Origin: an uncultured Candidatus Rokubacteria bacterium
GTDB taxonomy: Bacteria; Methylomirabilota; Methylomirabilia; Rokubacteriales; CSP1-6
Direction: 5' to 3'
DNA length: 64,000 nucleotides
Assembly: GCA_963771355.1 (NCBI GenBank)
Contig: CAVYTA010000006.1
Coordinates: 1,248,001 to 1,312,000 of the forward strand
This document shows, in pieces, positions 1-11,589 of the stretch (its first letter is position 1; every line of letters starts with the position of its first letter). Below the pieces are notes generated by a model that saw only the letters and a list, made by a program, of their open reading frames with translations, was not told where the DNA came from and made no database searches. A program made the translations under genes and the position numbers.

Positions 1-504
1 CGCCCGCGTGAGCCCGATGACCCCGTGCTTGCTCGCCGCGTAGGCGGAGACGTAGCCGAAGCCCCCCATGCGCCCGTAGATGGAGGAGATGGTGACGATG
101 CGCCCTTCCCTCTGGCGCATCATGTGCGGGAGCGCGGATCGGATGGCGCGGTAGGTGCCGTTGAGGTTGACGTCGATGACCCGCGTCCAGTCCGGCTCCG
201 GCTGCTCGGCGAGGAGCCCGCCCCCGGCGATCCCGGCGCAGGTCACGAGCACGTCGAGCGAGCCCAGCTCCGCCACCGCGCGCGCCGCCATGGCATCCAT
301 GTCCGCGAGCCGCGTCACGTCGGCGCCGAGCGCCAGCGCGCGGGCTCCGAGGGCCGCGGCCTCGCGCGCCACCGCCTGCACCTCCGGCTCGACGTTGGAG
401 GCCACGAGGAGCGCGGCGCCCTCGCGGGCGAGCGCCAGCGCGATGGCGCGGCCGATGCCGGTGCCGCCGCCGGTGACCACCGCGACCTTTCCCTTCAAGC
501 GCAT
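1..504 (-). CDS. SDR family oxidoreductase (partial; runs off window start)
   Basis: Manual translation from ATG at 504: MRLKGKVAVVTGGGTGIGRAIALALAREGA (TGxxxGIG) and YAASK catalytic motif near the window edge. Not in the ORF track. Confidence 0.9.
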   Translation of the reverse strand, partial: MRLKGKVAVVTGGGTGIGRAIALALAREGAALLVASNVEPEVQAVAREAAALGARALALGADVTRLADMDAMAARAVAELGSLDVLVTCAGIAGGGLLAEQPEPDWTRVIDVNLNGTYRAIRSALPHMMRQREGRIVTISSIYGRMGGFGYVSAYAASKHGVIGLTRA

Positions 505-552
505 TGGGGGCCCGTCAGGCGCATTCGGGAGCCACCGGCGCGCGGGGCCCGC

Positions 553-1329
553 TCAGACGAAGCGGCAGGAGACGGAGCCGAGCCGGGTGAAGGAAGCGCG
601 CACCGACTCGCCCTTCTCGGGGCGGAGGATCTTGGAGATGGACCCGGTGAGCACCACGTCACCGGCGGCGAGCCCGCGCCCCATGCGCCCGAGCGTGTTG
701 GCGAGCCAGGCGAGCGAGGTGAGCGGGTTGCCAAGCACCTCCGCCGCCGTATTGGTCGCCACCACCTGGCCGTTCTGCTCGAAGACCACCCCTTCCAGCG
801 CGAGATCGAGCGCCGCCACCGGCGTGAGCGGCCGGCCGAGCACGATGGCGTTGGCGAAGACCCCGTCCGCCACCACGTCCGCCCCGCTCGCCTTGCCCGA
901 GCAGCGGAAGTCGATCAGCTCGAAGGACGGCATGGCGCCCTCGACGGCGAGCAGCGCGGACACCGGCGTCACGCCGGGCCCGGCCAGGTCGCGCTTGAGG
1001 AGAAAGGCCACCTCCACCTCGACCCCCAGCGACGCGAACCGGCTGATGGGGATGGAGTCGCCGCCGGAGTACACGCCCGAGCCCAGCATGAACCCCAGCA
1101 CGGGCTCAGTCACGCCGTACTGTCCCTGGATCGCCGCGTTGGTGAAGCCGGCCTTCCAGCCGATGACCCGCTCGCCGCGGAGCACCAGCGCCTGCTCCAG
1201 GGCGCGCTGCACCCCGTAGGCTTCCCCCAGGGAAAGGTCCGGATACTTCTCGGTCAGCGGGGTCACGGCGCGGTGGCCGTCCCGGCTCTGGAGGAGATGA
1301 TCCACGGCGGCGTCGAGGGCGATGGGCAT
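553..1329 (-). CDS. 2-keto-4-pentenoate hydratase / FAH family protein
   Basis: Motifs GWKAGFT, EVEVAFLL, ELID, ADG, GNP, GDVVLTGS. Confidence 0.85.
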   Translation of the reverse strand: MPIALDAAVDHLLQSRDGHRAVTPLTEKYPDLSLGEAYGVQRALEQALVLRGERVIGWKAGFTNAAIQGQYGVTEPVLGFMLGSGVYSGGDSIPISRFASLGVEVEVAFLLKRDLAGPGVTPVSALLAVEGAMPSFELIDFRCSGKASGADVVADGVFANAIVLGRPLTPVAALDLALEGVVFEQNGQVVATNTAAEVLGNPLTSLAWLANTLGRMGRGLAAGDVVLTGSISKILRPEKGESVRASFTRLGSVSCRFV

Positions 1330-1340
1330 GCGGTGACTCC

Positions 1341-1685
1341 TTACCTTCTCTTTGGCTTCTTTTTCAGTCGCTTGGCTGGCTTCGCCTTCGACCGGGCCTT
1401 AGGCTTGGGCCGCGGCCGTGCGGCGCCGGCGCGGGCGGCGAGATGCGCGGCGTTCCGGGCTCCCACCGAGCCCGGGGGCACCGCCCCCGAGCGAATGGTC
1501 CGTATCCAGCCCGCGAGCTCGACCGCGAGCTCCGGATAGCAAGCCGCCCGATAGGCCTCGAGGGCGAGGAGCGCCGCGGGATCCTTCCAGGGCTTGAGGA
1601 CGAAGGGCGCCTCCGGATCCGTGGGATCGAAGGGCCCCTCGGTGCCCATCGGCATCACGATGTATCGTCGGGTCAGCTCCGCCAT
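1341..1685 (-). CDS. hypothetical protein with Lys-rich C-terminal tail
   Basis: ATG with upstream GGAGG; ordered core FVLKPWKDPAALLALEAY and a basic tail. Confidence 0.7.
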   Translation of the reverse strand: MAELTRRYIVMPMGTEGPFDPTDPEAPFVLKPWKDPAALLALEAYRAACYPELAVELAGWIRTIRSGAVPPGSVGARNAAHLAARAGAARPRPKPKARSKAKPAKRLKKKPKRR

Positions 1686-1775
1686 GGCAGGCGCCTCCGC
1701 TGTCGGCTGGGTCGAGACATGCCCCGGCAGAGTACGACAGCCGCGCGCGGCTGCGCAACGGGAGCCGAAGAAGGG

Positions 1776-1961
1776 CTAGGCGGCGCTCCGCTTCCGCTTC
1801 TTGGGAATGCGCGCGCCCGCCTGGCGCGCCTCGCTCAGCGCGATGGCCACGGCCTGCTTGCGCTTGCGGACCTTGGCTCCGGACGAGGAGCGGAGGCCCC
1901 CCTGCTTGTACTCCCGCATGACCTTGCTGACTTTGCGCTGCCCTTTGGACTTGGCCTTCAT
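1776..1961 (-). CDS. DUF6496-like small basic protein (61 aa)
   Basis: MKAKSKGQRKVSKVMREYKQGGLRSSSGAKVRKRKQAVAIALSEARQAGARIPKK; GGGAGGG SD before ATG at 1961. Confidence 0.8.
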   Translation of the reverse strand: MKAKSKGQRKVSKVMREYKQGGLRSSSGAKVRKRKQAVAIALSEARQAGARIPKKRKRSAA

Positions 1962-2038
1962 CGCGTGTCCCTCCCCGCCGCCGGAGACCGGGGCGCGCTC
2001 CTGCCCCCGGTCCCCGGCACGTGATGATGGTGTGTCGG

Positions 2039-2119
2039 TTACTTGCAATTCTTCTCGTGCTCGCGCATCTCCCGCTCCGAGGAGAAGCTCTTGCCGCACT
2101 TGCCGCACTTCATGTCCAT
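2039..2119 (-). CDS. 26-aa single zinc-finger microprotein (CxxC-x12-HxxxC)
   Basis: MDMKCGKCGKSFSSEREMREHEKNCK*; AGGAGGTG SD at 2130-2137; lies between ku and the DUF6496 gene. Confidence 0.75.
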   Translation of the reverse strand: MDMKCGKCGKSFSSEREMREHEKNCK

Positions 2120-2149
2120 GGCTCGCTCACACCTCCTCTCAGGCGCGCC

Positions 2150-2974
2150 TCAGGCGCGCCGCCTGGCCGCGACGCGAGGCCGTCTCGGCGGCGCGGCCGC
2201 CTTCTTCTTCGCCAGGCTCTGCTGGAGGGCCTCCATGAGGTCGATGACCTTGCCCTTGGGCGCTCGCGGCGCCGCGAGGGCCACCACCTTGCCCTTCGCC
2301 TTCCGCCTGACCACGTCGAGCACCCGCGCGCGATATTCGTCCTTGTACTTTTCGGGCCGGAACTGATCCTCCGAGAGCTCCTCCACCAGCCGGACCGCGA
2401 GCTTTCGCTCGGACTCTTTGGGCTTGACCGCCGGTCCCACGTCGATCTCGCGCGCGGTGCGGATCTCGTCGTGGTGGTAGAGCGTGTGCAGCACGAGGCC
2501 GGGGCCGCCCGGTCGGATCAGCACCAGGCTTTCCTTCCCACGCAGGACGAACCGCGCGATGCCCACCCGCTTCACCTGTCGTAGGGCGTCGGCGAGCAGG
2601 TGATACGGCTTGGCGCCTCCCTTGTCGGGACCCACGTAGTACGCCTCGTCCAGGTGCACCGGGTCCACCGATTCCAGGGGGACGAACTCCGCGATGTCGA
2701 TCTCCCGGGAGGCCTCCGCCTCCAGCGCCTCGAGCTCCTCCGCGGTCATCTTCACGTGGCGGCCGCGCTCGATCTCGAACCCCTTCACGAGCTGGTCACG
2801 CTCCACCACCTCCTCGCAGTGCGGGCACCACGCCTGGTACTTGATGCGGTGGCCGCACTTGGCGTGAAGCAGGTGAAAGGAGACGTGCCGCGAGACCGCG
2901 GCGGGGTAGAGCCGGATGGGGATGGACACCAGCCCGAACGAGATGGTCGCGGAGGCCAGCGGACGTGGCGGCAT
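2150..2974 (-). CDS. ku: Ku protein (prokaryotic non-homologous end joining)
   Basis: ISFGLVSIPIRLYPA N-terminus, VIDLMEALQQSL motif, basic C-terminal tail; start refined to ATG at 2974 with GGGAGGG SD. Confidence 0.95.
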   Translation of the reverse strand: MPPRPLASATISFGLVSIPIRLYPAAVSRHVSFHLLHAKCGHRIKYQAWCPHCEEVVERDQLVKGFEIERGRHVKMTAEELEALEAEASREIDIAEFVPLESVDPVHLDEAYYVGPDKGGAKPYHLLADALRQVKRVGIARFVLRGKESLVLIRPGGPGLVLHTLYHHDEIRTAREIDVGPAVKPKESERKLAVRLVEELSEDQFRPEKYKDEYRARVLDVVRRKAKGKVVALAAPRAPKGKVIDLMEALQQSLAKKKAAAPPRRPRVAARRRA

Positions 2975-3002
2975 TGAATAGCCCTCCCGCAGATGGGGAA
3001 AG

Positions 3003-3018
3003 AGCAATGCCCATGCCA
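3003..3018 (-). promoter_or_regulatory. sigma54 (-24/-12) promoter of ku
   Basis: Minus strand TGGCATGGGCATTGCT = GG-N10-GC, 28 nt upstream of the ku ATG. Confidence 0.75.
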
Positions 3019-3113
3019 GGGAAAAAAGCTGCGGAGTTTCGAGCCTTATCGAGCGGGGGCGCTACAGTGGGGACCGCGCCTGCCCGGTAGCGAGAACCCG
3101 ACCGGGGCTTTCC

Positions 3114-3650
3114 TTACCCGCCGGCCGGGTGCGTATGGCCGTAGGGCACGTCGAGGACATAGATGATCTTGCCCAGGGCGATGAACTCGGCGATGGCCCA
3201 GGACAGCTCCAGCGTCTCGTCATCGCTGAACTGGCCCCGGAGGTCCGCCCAGAGAGCGTCATCCACCTTGTGATGATCCTCGTACATGCGGTCCGCGTAG
3301 CGGAGCGCTACCTTCTCGCGCTCGGTGAACGGCCCGCGCTCGTAGTCGCCCAGCGCGGTCACCAGCTCCTCGGTGATCCCTTCACGCCTGCCCGAGGCGT
3401 AGCGGGTGGTCATTCAGTAGTGGCAGGTATTGCGCTGGGCCAGCCGCAGCCGGACCAGCTCCTTGGTGCGGTGCTCCACCAGCCCCAGCCGCACCAGCGG
3501 CGAGTAGAAGCGGACGAAGCGCTTCAGCGCCTCCGGCAGCCGCCCAAAGGTGCGGATGAAGTTGGGATCGCCCCCGTCCGCCGTCCACTTGGCCAGCATG
3601 TCGCGGAGCTCGGGATCGAGTCCGTCCTCGGGCATCATGGGCATCCGCAC
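3114..3650 (-). CDS. AhpD/carboxymuconolactone decarboxylase family protein, probable selenoprotein (CHYU)
   Basis: ORFs 3414-3650 and 3114-3413 are in the same frame, joined by one TGA at 3414-3416 at the second-Cys position of the AhpD CxxC motif (KELVRLRLAQRNTCHY*MTTR). Confidence 0.85.
3384..3400 (-). promoter_or_regulatory. putative bacterial SECIS hairpin
   Basis: mRNA ACGCCU-CGGGC-AGGCGU, a 6-bp stem starting 13 nt after the UGA, with a G-rich loop. Confidence 0.55.
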
Positions 3651-3673
3651 GGCGGTTTCTCCCGGCGCGGCCG

Positions 3674-4768
3674 CTAACCGCGCAGCTTGAGCACGTTACA
3701 GGTGGCCACCGAGCGCTGGAAGCCCTTGAGGGTCAGGTCACCGACGTCCTCCACCTCGATCTCCCCCTCGAGCTGCGCGGCCACGCGCCGCGAGGCCAGG
3801 ATCTGGCCGGGCTTGGCCTCGCCACAGAGCCGCGCGGCGAGATTGGTGACCGTCCCGATGGCGCCGTAGTCGAGCCGTCCCTCGAAGCCGATGGCGCCGA
3901 TGGTGGCATAGCCCTGGGCGATGCCGACCCCCAGGTCGAGCTCGAAGCCCTGCTTGCGCCACTTCCCCATCAGCTCGCTCACCCGGGTGCGCATGGCCAC
4001 CGCCATGCGCACCGCGCGGGCGGCGGCATCGGGCACCAGCACCGGGTCGTTGAAGAACACCATCATGCCGTCGCCGGTGAAGCGCTCGAGCGTCCCTTCA
4101 TGCTCGAGGATGAGGCGGCCCATCTCGGCGTGGTACTCCCGCAGCACCCCCATGACCTCCTCGGGCTCGGCGGTCTCCGCGAAGGCGGTGAAGCCGCGGA
4201 GGTCCAGGAACACCACCGCGATCTCGCGCCGGTGCGTCTTGAGGGGATCGTCCGCCCCGCCGGCCAGGATGGCTTCGGCCAGGGCCGGCGAGAAGAAGCG
4301 CTTGAGCCGGCCCAGGCGCTCGAGCTGCGTCACCTGCTCGGTCACCCGCTGCTCGAGCTCGCGGTTCAATCCCGCGAGGGCATCGTCGAGCTCCTTGATC
4401 CGCAGGAGCGAGCGCACCCGGGCCAGCAGCTCGGGCTGATTCACCGGCTTGCTGAGGAAGTCGTCCGCCCCGACCTCGATGCCCTTCACCCGCTCGTGCA
4501 CCGCGTCCAGCGAGGTCACCATCACCACGGGAAGCCGCGCCGTCTCCGGATTCGCGCGGAGGCGCGCGCACACCTCGTAGCCGCTCATCTCGGGCATCAT
4601 CACGTCGAGGAGCACCAGATCCGGACGCTCGGTGGCGATCCGATCGAGCGCCTCCGGGCCCGAGGCCGCCGTGGTCACCGTGAAGCCCTTGACGCGCAGG
4701 AGGTCGGCGAGGAGCTTGACGTTGAGCGGCGTGTCGTCCACCACCAGGATGCGGGCGCCGTCACTCAT
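3674..4768 (-). CDS. response regulator receiver fused to class III adenylate/guanylate cyclase
   Basis: REC (VVDD, LLDVMMP, SKP) plus cyclase motifs FLDLRGFT, FTGDG, YGAIGTVTNLAARL. Confidence 0.92.
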   Translation of the reverse strand: MSDGARILVVDDTPLNVKLLADLLRVKGFTVTTAASGPEALDRIATERPDLVLLDVMMPEMSGYEVCARLRANPETARLPVVMVTSLDAVHERVKGIEVGADDFLSKPVNQPELLARVRSLLRIKELDDALAGLNRELEQRVTEQVTQLERLGRLKRFFSPALAEAILAGGADDPLKTHRREIAVVFLDLRGFTAFAETAEPEEVMGVLREYHAEMGRLILEHEGTLERFTGDGMMVFFNDPVLVPDAAARAVRMAVAMRTRVSELMGKWRKQGFELDLGVGIAQGYATIGAIGFEGRLDYGAIGTVTNLAARLCGEAKPGQILASRRVAAQLEGEIEVEDVGDLTLKGFQRSVATCNVLKLRG

Positions 4769-5141
4769 GGGCTGGGGCTCCCCGCCGGCGTGTCCAGCAT
4801 GCGCCGTACGGCGGCGACGAACTCCTTCACGCTGATGGGCTTGGACTGGTAGCCGTCGAAGCCCGCGGCGAGGATCTTCTGGCGGTCGTGGGTCATCGCG
4901 GAGGCGGTGACCGCCATCACGGGAATGGCGCGCGTGGCGGGCTGGGCCCGCAGCTGGATCAGCGCCTCGATCCCGCTGATACCGGGGAGCTGGATGTCCA
5001 TGAGGATGAGGGCGGGCGGAGTCTCCAGCGCCAGGCGTACGCCCTCCTCGCCCGTCACCGCCTCGAGGACGCGGTAGCCGTGGTACTGGAGCAGGTCGCG
5101 CTCGAGCTTCCGATTCTTCTCGTTGTCCTCCACGATGAGGA

Positions 5142-5157
<16 letters not shown>
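4765..5157 (-). CDS. single-domain response regulator (DivK-like)
   Basis: IVEDNEKN, LMDIQLP, VTASAM, SKP. Confidence 0.92.
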
Positions 5158-7535
<2,378 letters not shown>

Positions 7536-7611
7536 GGACCCACAATAGCAGATGGGGCATGGTCCACGCAGCATCGGGCGACGCGTCCTGGTAAGATTGC
7601 AGGAGGCCCCC

Positions 7612-8838
7612 ATGGCGCGCCATCTCTGCATCGTCGCCCGGGACAACTCGCCGCTCTACGGCTTCCTCACCATTGCGTTCAGCGAGCGGCCGGCCGGCAC
7701 CGATATGCTCGACGTGGTGCTCGACCGGCGGCGGGCAGAGGCGAGCCGGGAGCGCGACCGTCAGGCTCTGTCCCCGGCTTCCGCCCCCCCCTCCGCCTAC
7801 ACGGACCGGCGCCGGCACGCCGGGGTTGCCGAGGCCCTGCAGACGCGCGGCTATGCCATCGTCGCCGGCCCCGGTGCCGAGCCCCGCGCGAGCGACGAGG
7901 CGTTCATCGAGCGCGCCGTGGGCATCCTCGCCGACGTGGAGCGCCGCGGGCCCCTGGCGCTCCGATTCCACCAGCAACGGCGGGCGGTGGGCCGCGCCAT
8001 CGTGGGCGCGTCCATCGGCGCGGTGATCGTGTTCGCCATCATCTGGGTGCTGACGACGCTCCCGACGGTCGGCGGCCTCGCGCGCATCACGGATGATCTG
8101 AGTCGCTGGACCGATGCCGGCGTGAGTCGCCTCGGGGAGTCGTGGACGGCCCTGCGCCGCGTGTTCGTTCCCACCCCGATCGTCCGCGAGTCCGACGGGG
8201 CCCGGGCGCGCTCCCCCGAGCCGGCAATCGCCCCGGCGCCCGCTCCGGCGACCTCGATGGTCGAGCCCCCGCGCGCGTCGCCCCCGGCGCCGACAGAGCC
8301 GGAGCGCGCGGCACCTGCATTGCCCCCCGCCCCCCTGCGCCCGGCCCTCGAATCGCCCCGCGCGGTCGAGCGTCCACCGGTATCCGCGCGTCCCGCGCCC
8401 CGGACCCCGGCGGCGGAGACGGCCCGTTCCGCGCCCCGCGCGCCCTCGGCCCCCGAGGCACCGTCGCGCGATGGCCGGTCCCGCGAGGTGACCTCCCGCG
8501 AGCCGGCGCTGCTCGAGTCGTCGGAGCTCGGGGACAGCCGCTCCTCCCTGACCGCCTTCAGCGGCCTGCCGCGCGTGGAGCTGTCCCGCCAGCCGTCGGG
8601 CGCCGGCACCGTCTACACCGTGCGCCTGGCCGATCGCGGGGGGCGCCCGGTGCCGGGTGCGGAGGTCTGGATGCGGGGCCAGACGGGAGACGGGGAGGGG
8701 CGCGAGACGCGGCTCGACGCGGTGGATCCGCCCGGGACCTACCGCAGCAGCCCGCTGCCCCCGGGCACGCTCTCACCCCAGCTCACCGTGCGCGTGTACT
8801 TCAGCAATATGCGCGTCGAGGTCCCGGTCGAGCCCTGA
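7612..8838 (+). CDS. hypothetical membrane protein with Pro-rich linker and C-terminal beta-rich domain
   Basis: AGGAGG SD before ATG at 7612; N-terminal domain, one TM helix, Pro/Ala-rich linker, C-terminal YTVRLADRGGRPVPGAEV. Confidence 0.7.
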   Translation: MARHLCIVARDNSPLYGFLTIAFSERPAGTDMLDVVLDRRRAEASRERDRQALSPASAPPSAYTDRRRHAGVAEALQTRGYAIVAGPGAEPRASDEAFIERAVGILADVERRGPLALRFHQQRRAVGRAIVGASIGAVIVFAIIWVLTTLPTVGGLARITDDLSRWTDAGVSRLGESWTALRRVFVPTPIVRESDGARARSPEPAIAPAPAPATSMVEPPRASPPAPTEPERAAPALPPAPLRPALESPRAVERPPVSARPAPRTPAAETARSAPRAPSAPEAPSRDGRSREVTSREPALLESSELGDSRSSLTAFSGLPRVELSRQPSGAGTVYTVRLADRGGRPVPGAEVWMRGQTGDGEGRETRLDAVDPPGTYRSSPLPPGTLSPQLTVRVYFSNMRVEVPVEP

Positions 8839-8863
8839 AGCGGACGGGGCGCGCGCCGACCGG

Positions 8864-9385
8864 CTAGGTGGCGGAGTAGTCGCGCGCCAGGGGCGGTCGC
8901 ACCTCGTCCCCGCTGAAGAGCACCGTCGCGATCACTTCCACGCTGGCGCCCCCGCCCAGCCCCTGGCAGCCGATGGCGGCGCGCGTGGGCTTGCCGCGCT
9001 CGCCATAGAGCTCCACGAGCAGATCGGCGGCGCCGTTGATCACGCGCGGCTGGTCGTTGAAGCCCGGCGCGGAGTTCACGAAGCCCAGCAGGTGGACGAA
9101 CTGCTCCACGCGGTCGAGGTCTCCCAGGGCGTGCTTGATGACGCCCAGCGTGGTCAGCGCCGCGTAGCGCGCTGCCTCGTAGCCCTGGGCGATCTCGAGG
9201 TCCTTGCCCACCACCCCGGGAAGATACCCACGGCCGTCGCGCACCGGCGTGGTCCCGCAGAGATAGAGCAGCCCCTTCACGGGGAAGTGCGAGATGTAGT
9301 GCGCGCCCGACGCGTTCACGCGCCAGAGCTCCTCCAGGTTGGGCACCGCCAGCCCGAGCCGCTTCAGGTTCTCTTCGACGCGCAT
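8864..9385 (-). CDS. RidA/YjgF family protein
   Basis: GFVNSAPGFNDQPRVINGAADLLVELYGERGKPTRAAIG, VEV. Confidence 0.88.
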   Translation of the reverse strand: MRVEENLKRLGLAVPNLEELWRVNASGAHYISHFPVKGLLYLCGTTPVRDGRGYLPGVVGKDLEIAQGYEAARYAALTTLGVIKHALGDLDRVEQFVHLLGFVNSAPGFNDQPRVINGAADLLVELYGERGKPTRAAIGCQGLGGGASVEVIATVLFSGDEVRPPLARDYSAT

Positions 9386-9396
9386 GGACTCTCTCC

Positions 9397-10497
9397 TCAG
9401 GCGAGGCCGTAGAGCTCGGCCACATTGTCGTGGACGAGCAAGTTGCGCTCCACGGGGGTGAGGTGACTGGCGTGCTTGGCGAGCAGCTCCTGCGACCGCG
9501 GCCAGGTCGAGTCGCTGTGGGGGAAGTCGTTCGCCCAGAGCAGCCGGCGGATATTGCAGAGGTCCTTGACCTGGAAGGCCACCCAGTCGTCCTGGAACGT
9601 GGTGTAGACGTTCTCGCGGAAGTACTCGCTCGGCATGCGGGTCAAGGTGCCCGCGGGGAGCCAGTAGCGGTGGCGCTCATACGCGTGGTCCATCCGGTAC
9701 ATGTAGTGCGGCACCCAGCCTGCGTCCGCCTCCACGCACACCACGCGCAGCCGCGGATGCCGCTCGAACACGCCACCCAGAACGAAGGTGCCCAGGATGT
9801 CCTGGCACCCGCGGATGATGGCGAGGAACCCGTTGAGCTTGGGACCGCGCGTGAGCCGGCCCAGGGCGTCGTCCCGGCTGGTGAGGATGTGGAAGGACAG
9901 CGGCAGACCCAGGTCCACCGCCGCCTCGTAGAAGGGGGCGTACACGGGATCGTCGTAGTCCGCCACCGCCGGATTGCCGGGCAGCATGACGCCGCGCAGC
10001 CCGAGCGCCTTGATGCGCCGTAGATCGGCGATGCCGTCCTCCACCGAGCGCATCGCGGTCTGGCCCACGCCGATGAGCCGGTCGGGGTGCGCGCCGCAGA
10101 ACTCCGCGATCCAGAGGTTGTAGGCATCGAAGCAGGCCTGCTTGTAGTCGAAGTCGGGATGGTTGCAGATCATCATGCCCACGGTGGGATAGATGACTTC
10201 CGCGGAGACGCCATCGAGATCCTGGTCCGCCAGGCGCGCCTCCGGATCCCAGCCGCCCCGGTGCAGATCCTCGAAGCGCACGCCCCACATGGTCAGCTCG
10301 CTGGCGTCCTTGCCCGCCGCGGCAATGAGCCCCATGGGGATGGACTTGGGCATGCCGTCCACCACGAAGACATCGCCCCGCTGGGCATCGTGGACCAGGT
10401 GCGGCGCCCGGTCGCGGAAGCGCCGGTCGATGCGGTCCACGTAGGTGCCGGGGGGCTCGGTCACGTGCGAGTCGGCGGAGATGACGGGCTTCAGCAT
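9397..10497 (-). CDS. amidohydrolase_2 family protein
   Basis: MLKPVISADSH, SFH, EADAGW, WANDFPHSDSTWP; start refined to ATG at 10497. Confidence 0.9.
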   Translation of the reverse strand: MLKPVISADSHVTEPPGTYVDRIDRRFRDRAPHLVHDAQRGDVFVVDGMPKSIPMGLIAAAGKDASELTMWGVRFEDLHRGGWDPEARLADQDLDGVSAEVIYPTVGMMICNHPDFDYKQACFDAYNLWIAEFCGAHPDRLIGVGQTAMRSVEDGIADLRRIKALGLRGVMLPGNPAVADYDDPVYAPFYEAAVDLGLPLSFHILTSRDDALGRLTRGPKLNGFLAIIRGCQDILGTFVLGGVFERHPRLRVVCVEADAGWVPHYMYRMDHAYERHRYWLPAGTLTRMPSEYFRENVYTTFQDDWVAFQVKDLCNIRRLLWANDFPHSDSTWPRSQELLAKHASHLTPVERNLLVHDNVAELYGLA

Positions 10498-10508
10498 CGG
10501 CGGTCCTC

Positions 10509-11459
10509 CTAGACGCCTGCGGTGTCGCGGATCAGCCCGCCGAAGCGCTCCATGCGCTCGAGGCTTTCGGGAAGACTGTCGCTCCGGAAGTCGAAGATCA
10601 GCTCGCTCACGCCGAGGCGCGCGTAGGTGGCGACGTCGTCCGCGATCTGAGCATGGCTGCCCGAGAACGGGCGCCGCTCCGCTCCCGCCGCGTCGAGCGC
10701 CTGGGTGACGTCGTACACCGGCGCCTTGTAGGAGATGGTGAGCGCGCGGGGATCGCGTCCCTCCTTCTCGGTGAGCCGGAAGAGCTCGTCCAGCGACGCG
10801 CGCAGCTCGGCGGGCCGGAGCGGCACGGCGGGATTGGCGCCCACCGGATGCCATCCGTCACCGTGGCGCGCCACCCGGCGGAGCGCGGCGGGGCTGTGGC
10901 CGCCCACCCAGATGGGCGGGTGCGGCTTCTGCACCGGCGCGGGCAGACAGCGGATGGACTCGAAGCGGTAGAACTCGCCCTCGAACGAGGCGGGCGACTG
11001 CGTCCAGAGCGTCTTGAAGATGCGCAGGTACTCGTCGCTCACCGCCCCGCGCCGGTCGAAATCCGGCGCGCCCAGCGCCCGGAACTCCTCGCGCATCCAG
11101 CCCACTCCCACGCCGACGGTGACGCGCCCATTGGAGAGCACGTCGATGGTGGCGAGGGTCTTCGCCGTCACCACCGGGTTGCGATGCGGCAGGATCATGA
11201 CGCTCGAGACCAGGCGCAGCCGGCGCGTCTTGCCCGCGATGAAGGCCATGAGGGCGAGCTGCTCGAGCGCGTCGCCGCCGCCGGGAAAGGCTCCCGTCAC
11301 CGTATACGGGTACTTTGACGTGATCGTCACCGGGAAGACGACATGGTCCGCGATCATCACCGAGGCGAAGCCCAGCGCTTCCCCGCGCGCCACCAGCGTC
11401 TCGAGCGCCTCCGGCGCGGCCGTCGGACCGCGGGTGGGTAGATAAAAGCCGTAGCGCAT
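10509..11459 (-). CDS. LLM class (F420-dependent) oxidoreductase
   Basis: ADHVVFP, ATIDVLSNGR, GVGVGWMREEF, PPIWVGG. Confidence 0.9.
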   Translation of the reverse strand: MRYGFYLPTRGPTAAPEALETLVARGEALGFASVMIADHVVFPVTITSKYPYTVTGAFPGGGDALEQLALMAFIAGKTRRLRLVSSVMILPHRNPVVTAKTLATIDVLSNGRVTVGVGVGWMREEFRALGAPDFDRRGAVSDEYLRIFKTLWTQSPASFEGEFYRFESIRCLPAPVQKPHPPIWVGGHSPAALRRVARHGDGWHPVGANPAVPLRPAELRASLDELFRLTEKEGRDPRALTISYKAPVYDVTQALDAAGAERRPFSGSHAQIADDVATYARLGVSELIFDFRSDSLPESLERMERFGGLIRDTAGV

Positions 11460-11589
11460 GGCGAGCTCGCCTCCCTCTTCGTCGTGAGCGGCGCGGAGAT
11501 GCTAGCATACCTGCGCCGCGGGCGACCAGCCCGCGCGGGGGCGACGCGCACGAGCGGACGATCGAGCACACAATGAGAGGGAGGCGACG

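Noticed and set aside
3414..3416. TGA as a true stop giving two genes or a pseudogene
   Set aside because: The stop falls exactly on the catalytic Cys position with the frame preserved and a downstream hairpin, so Sec recoding is the simpler reading, though unproven.
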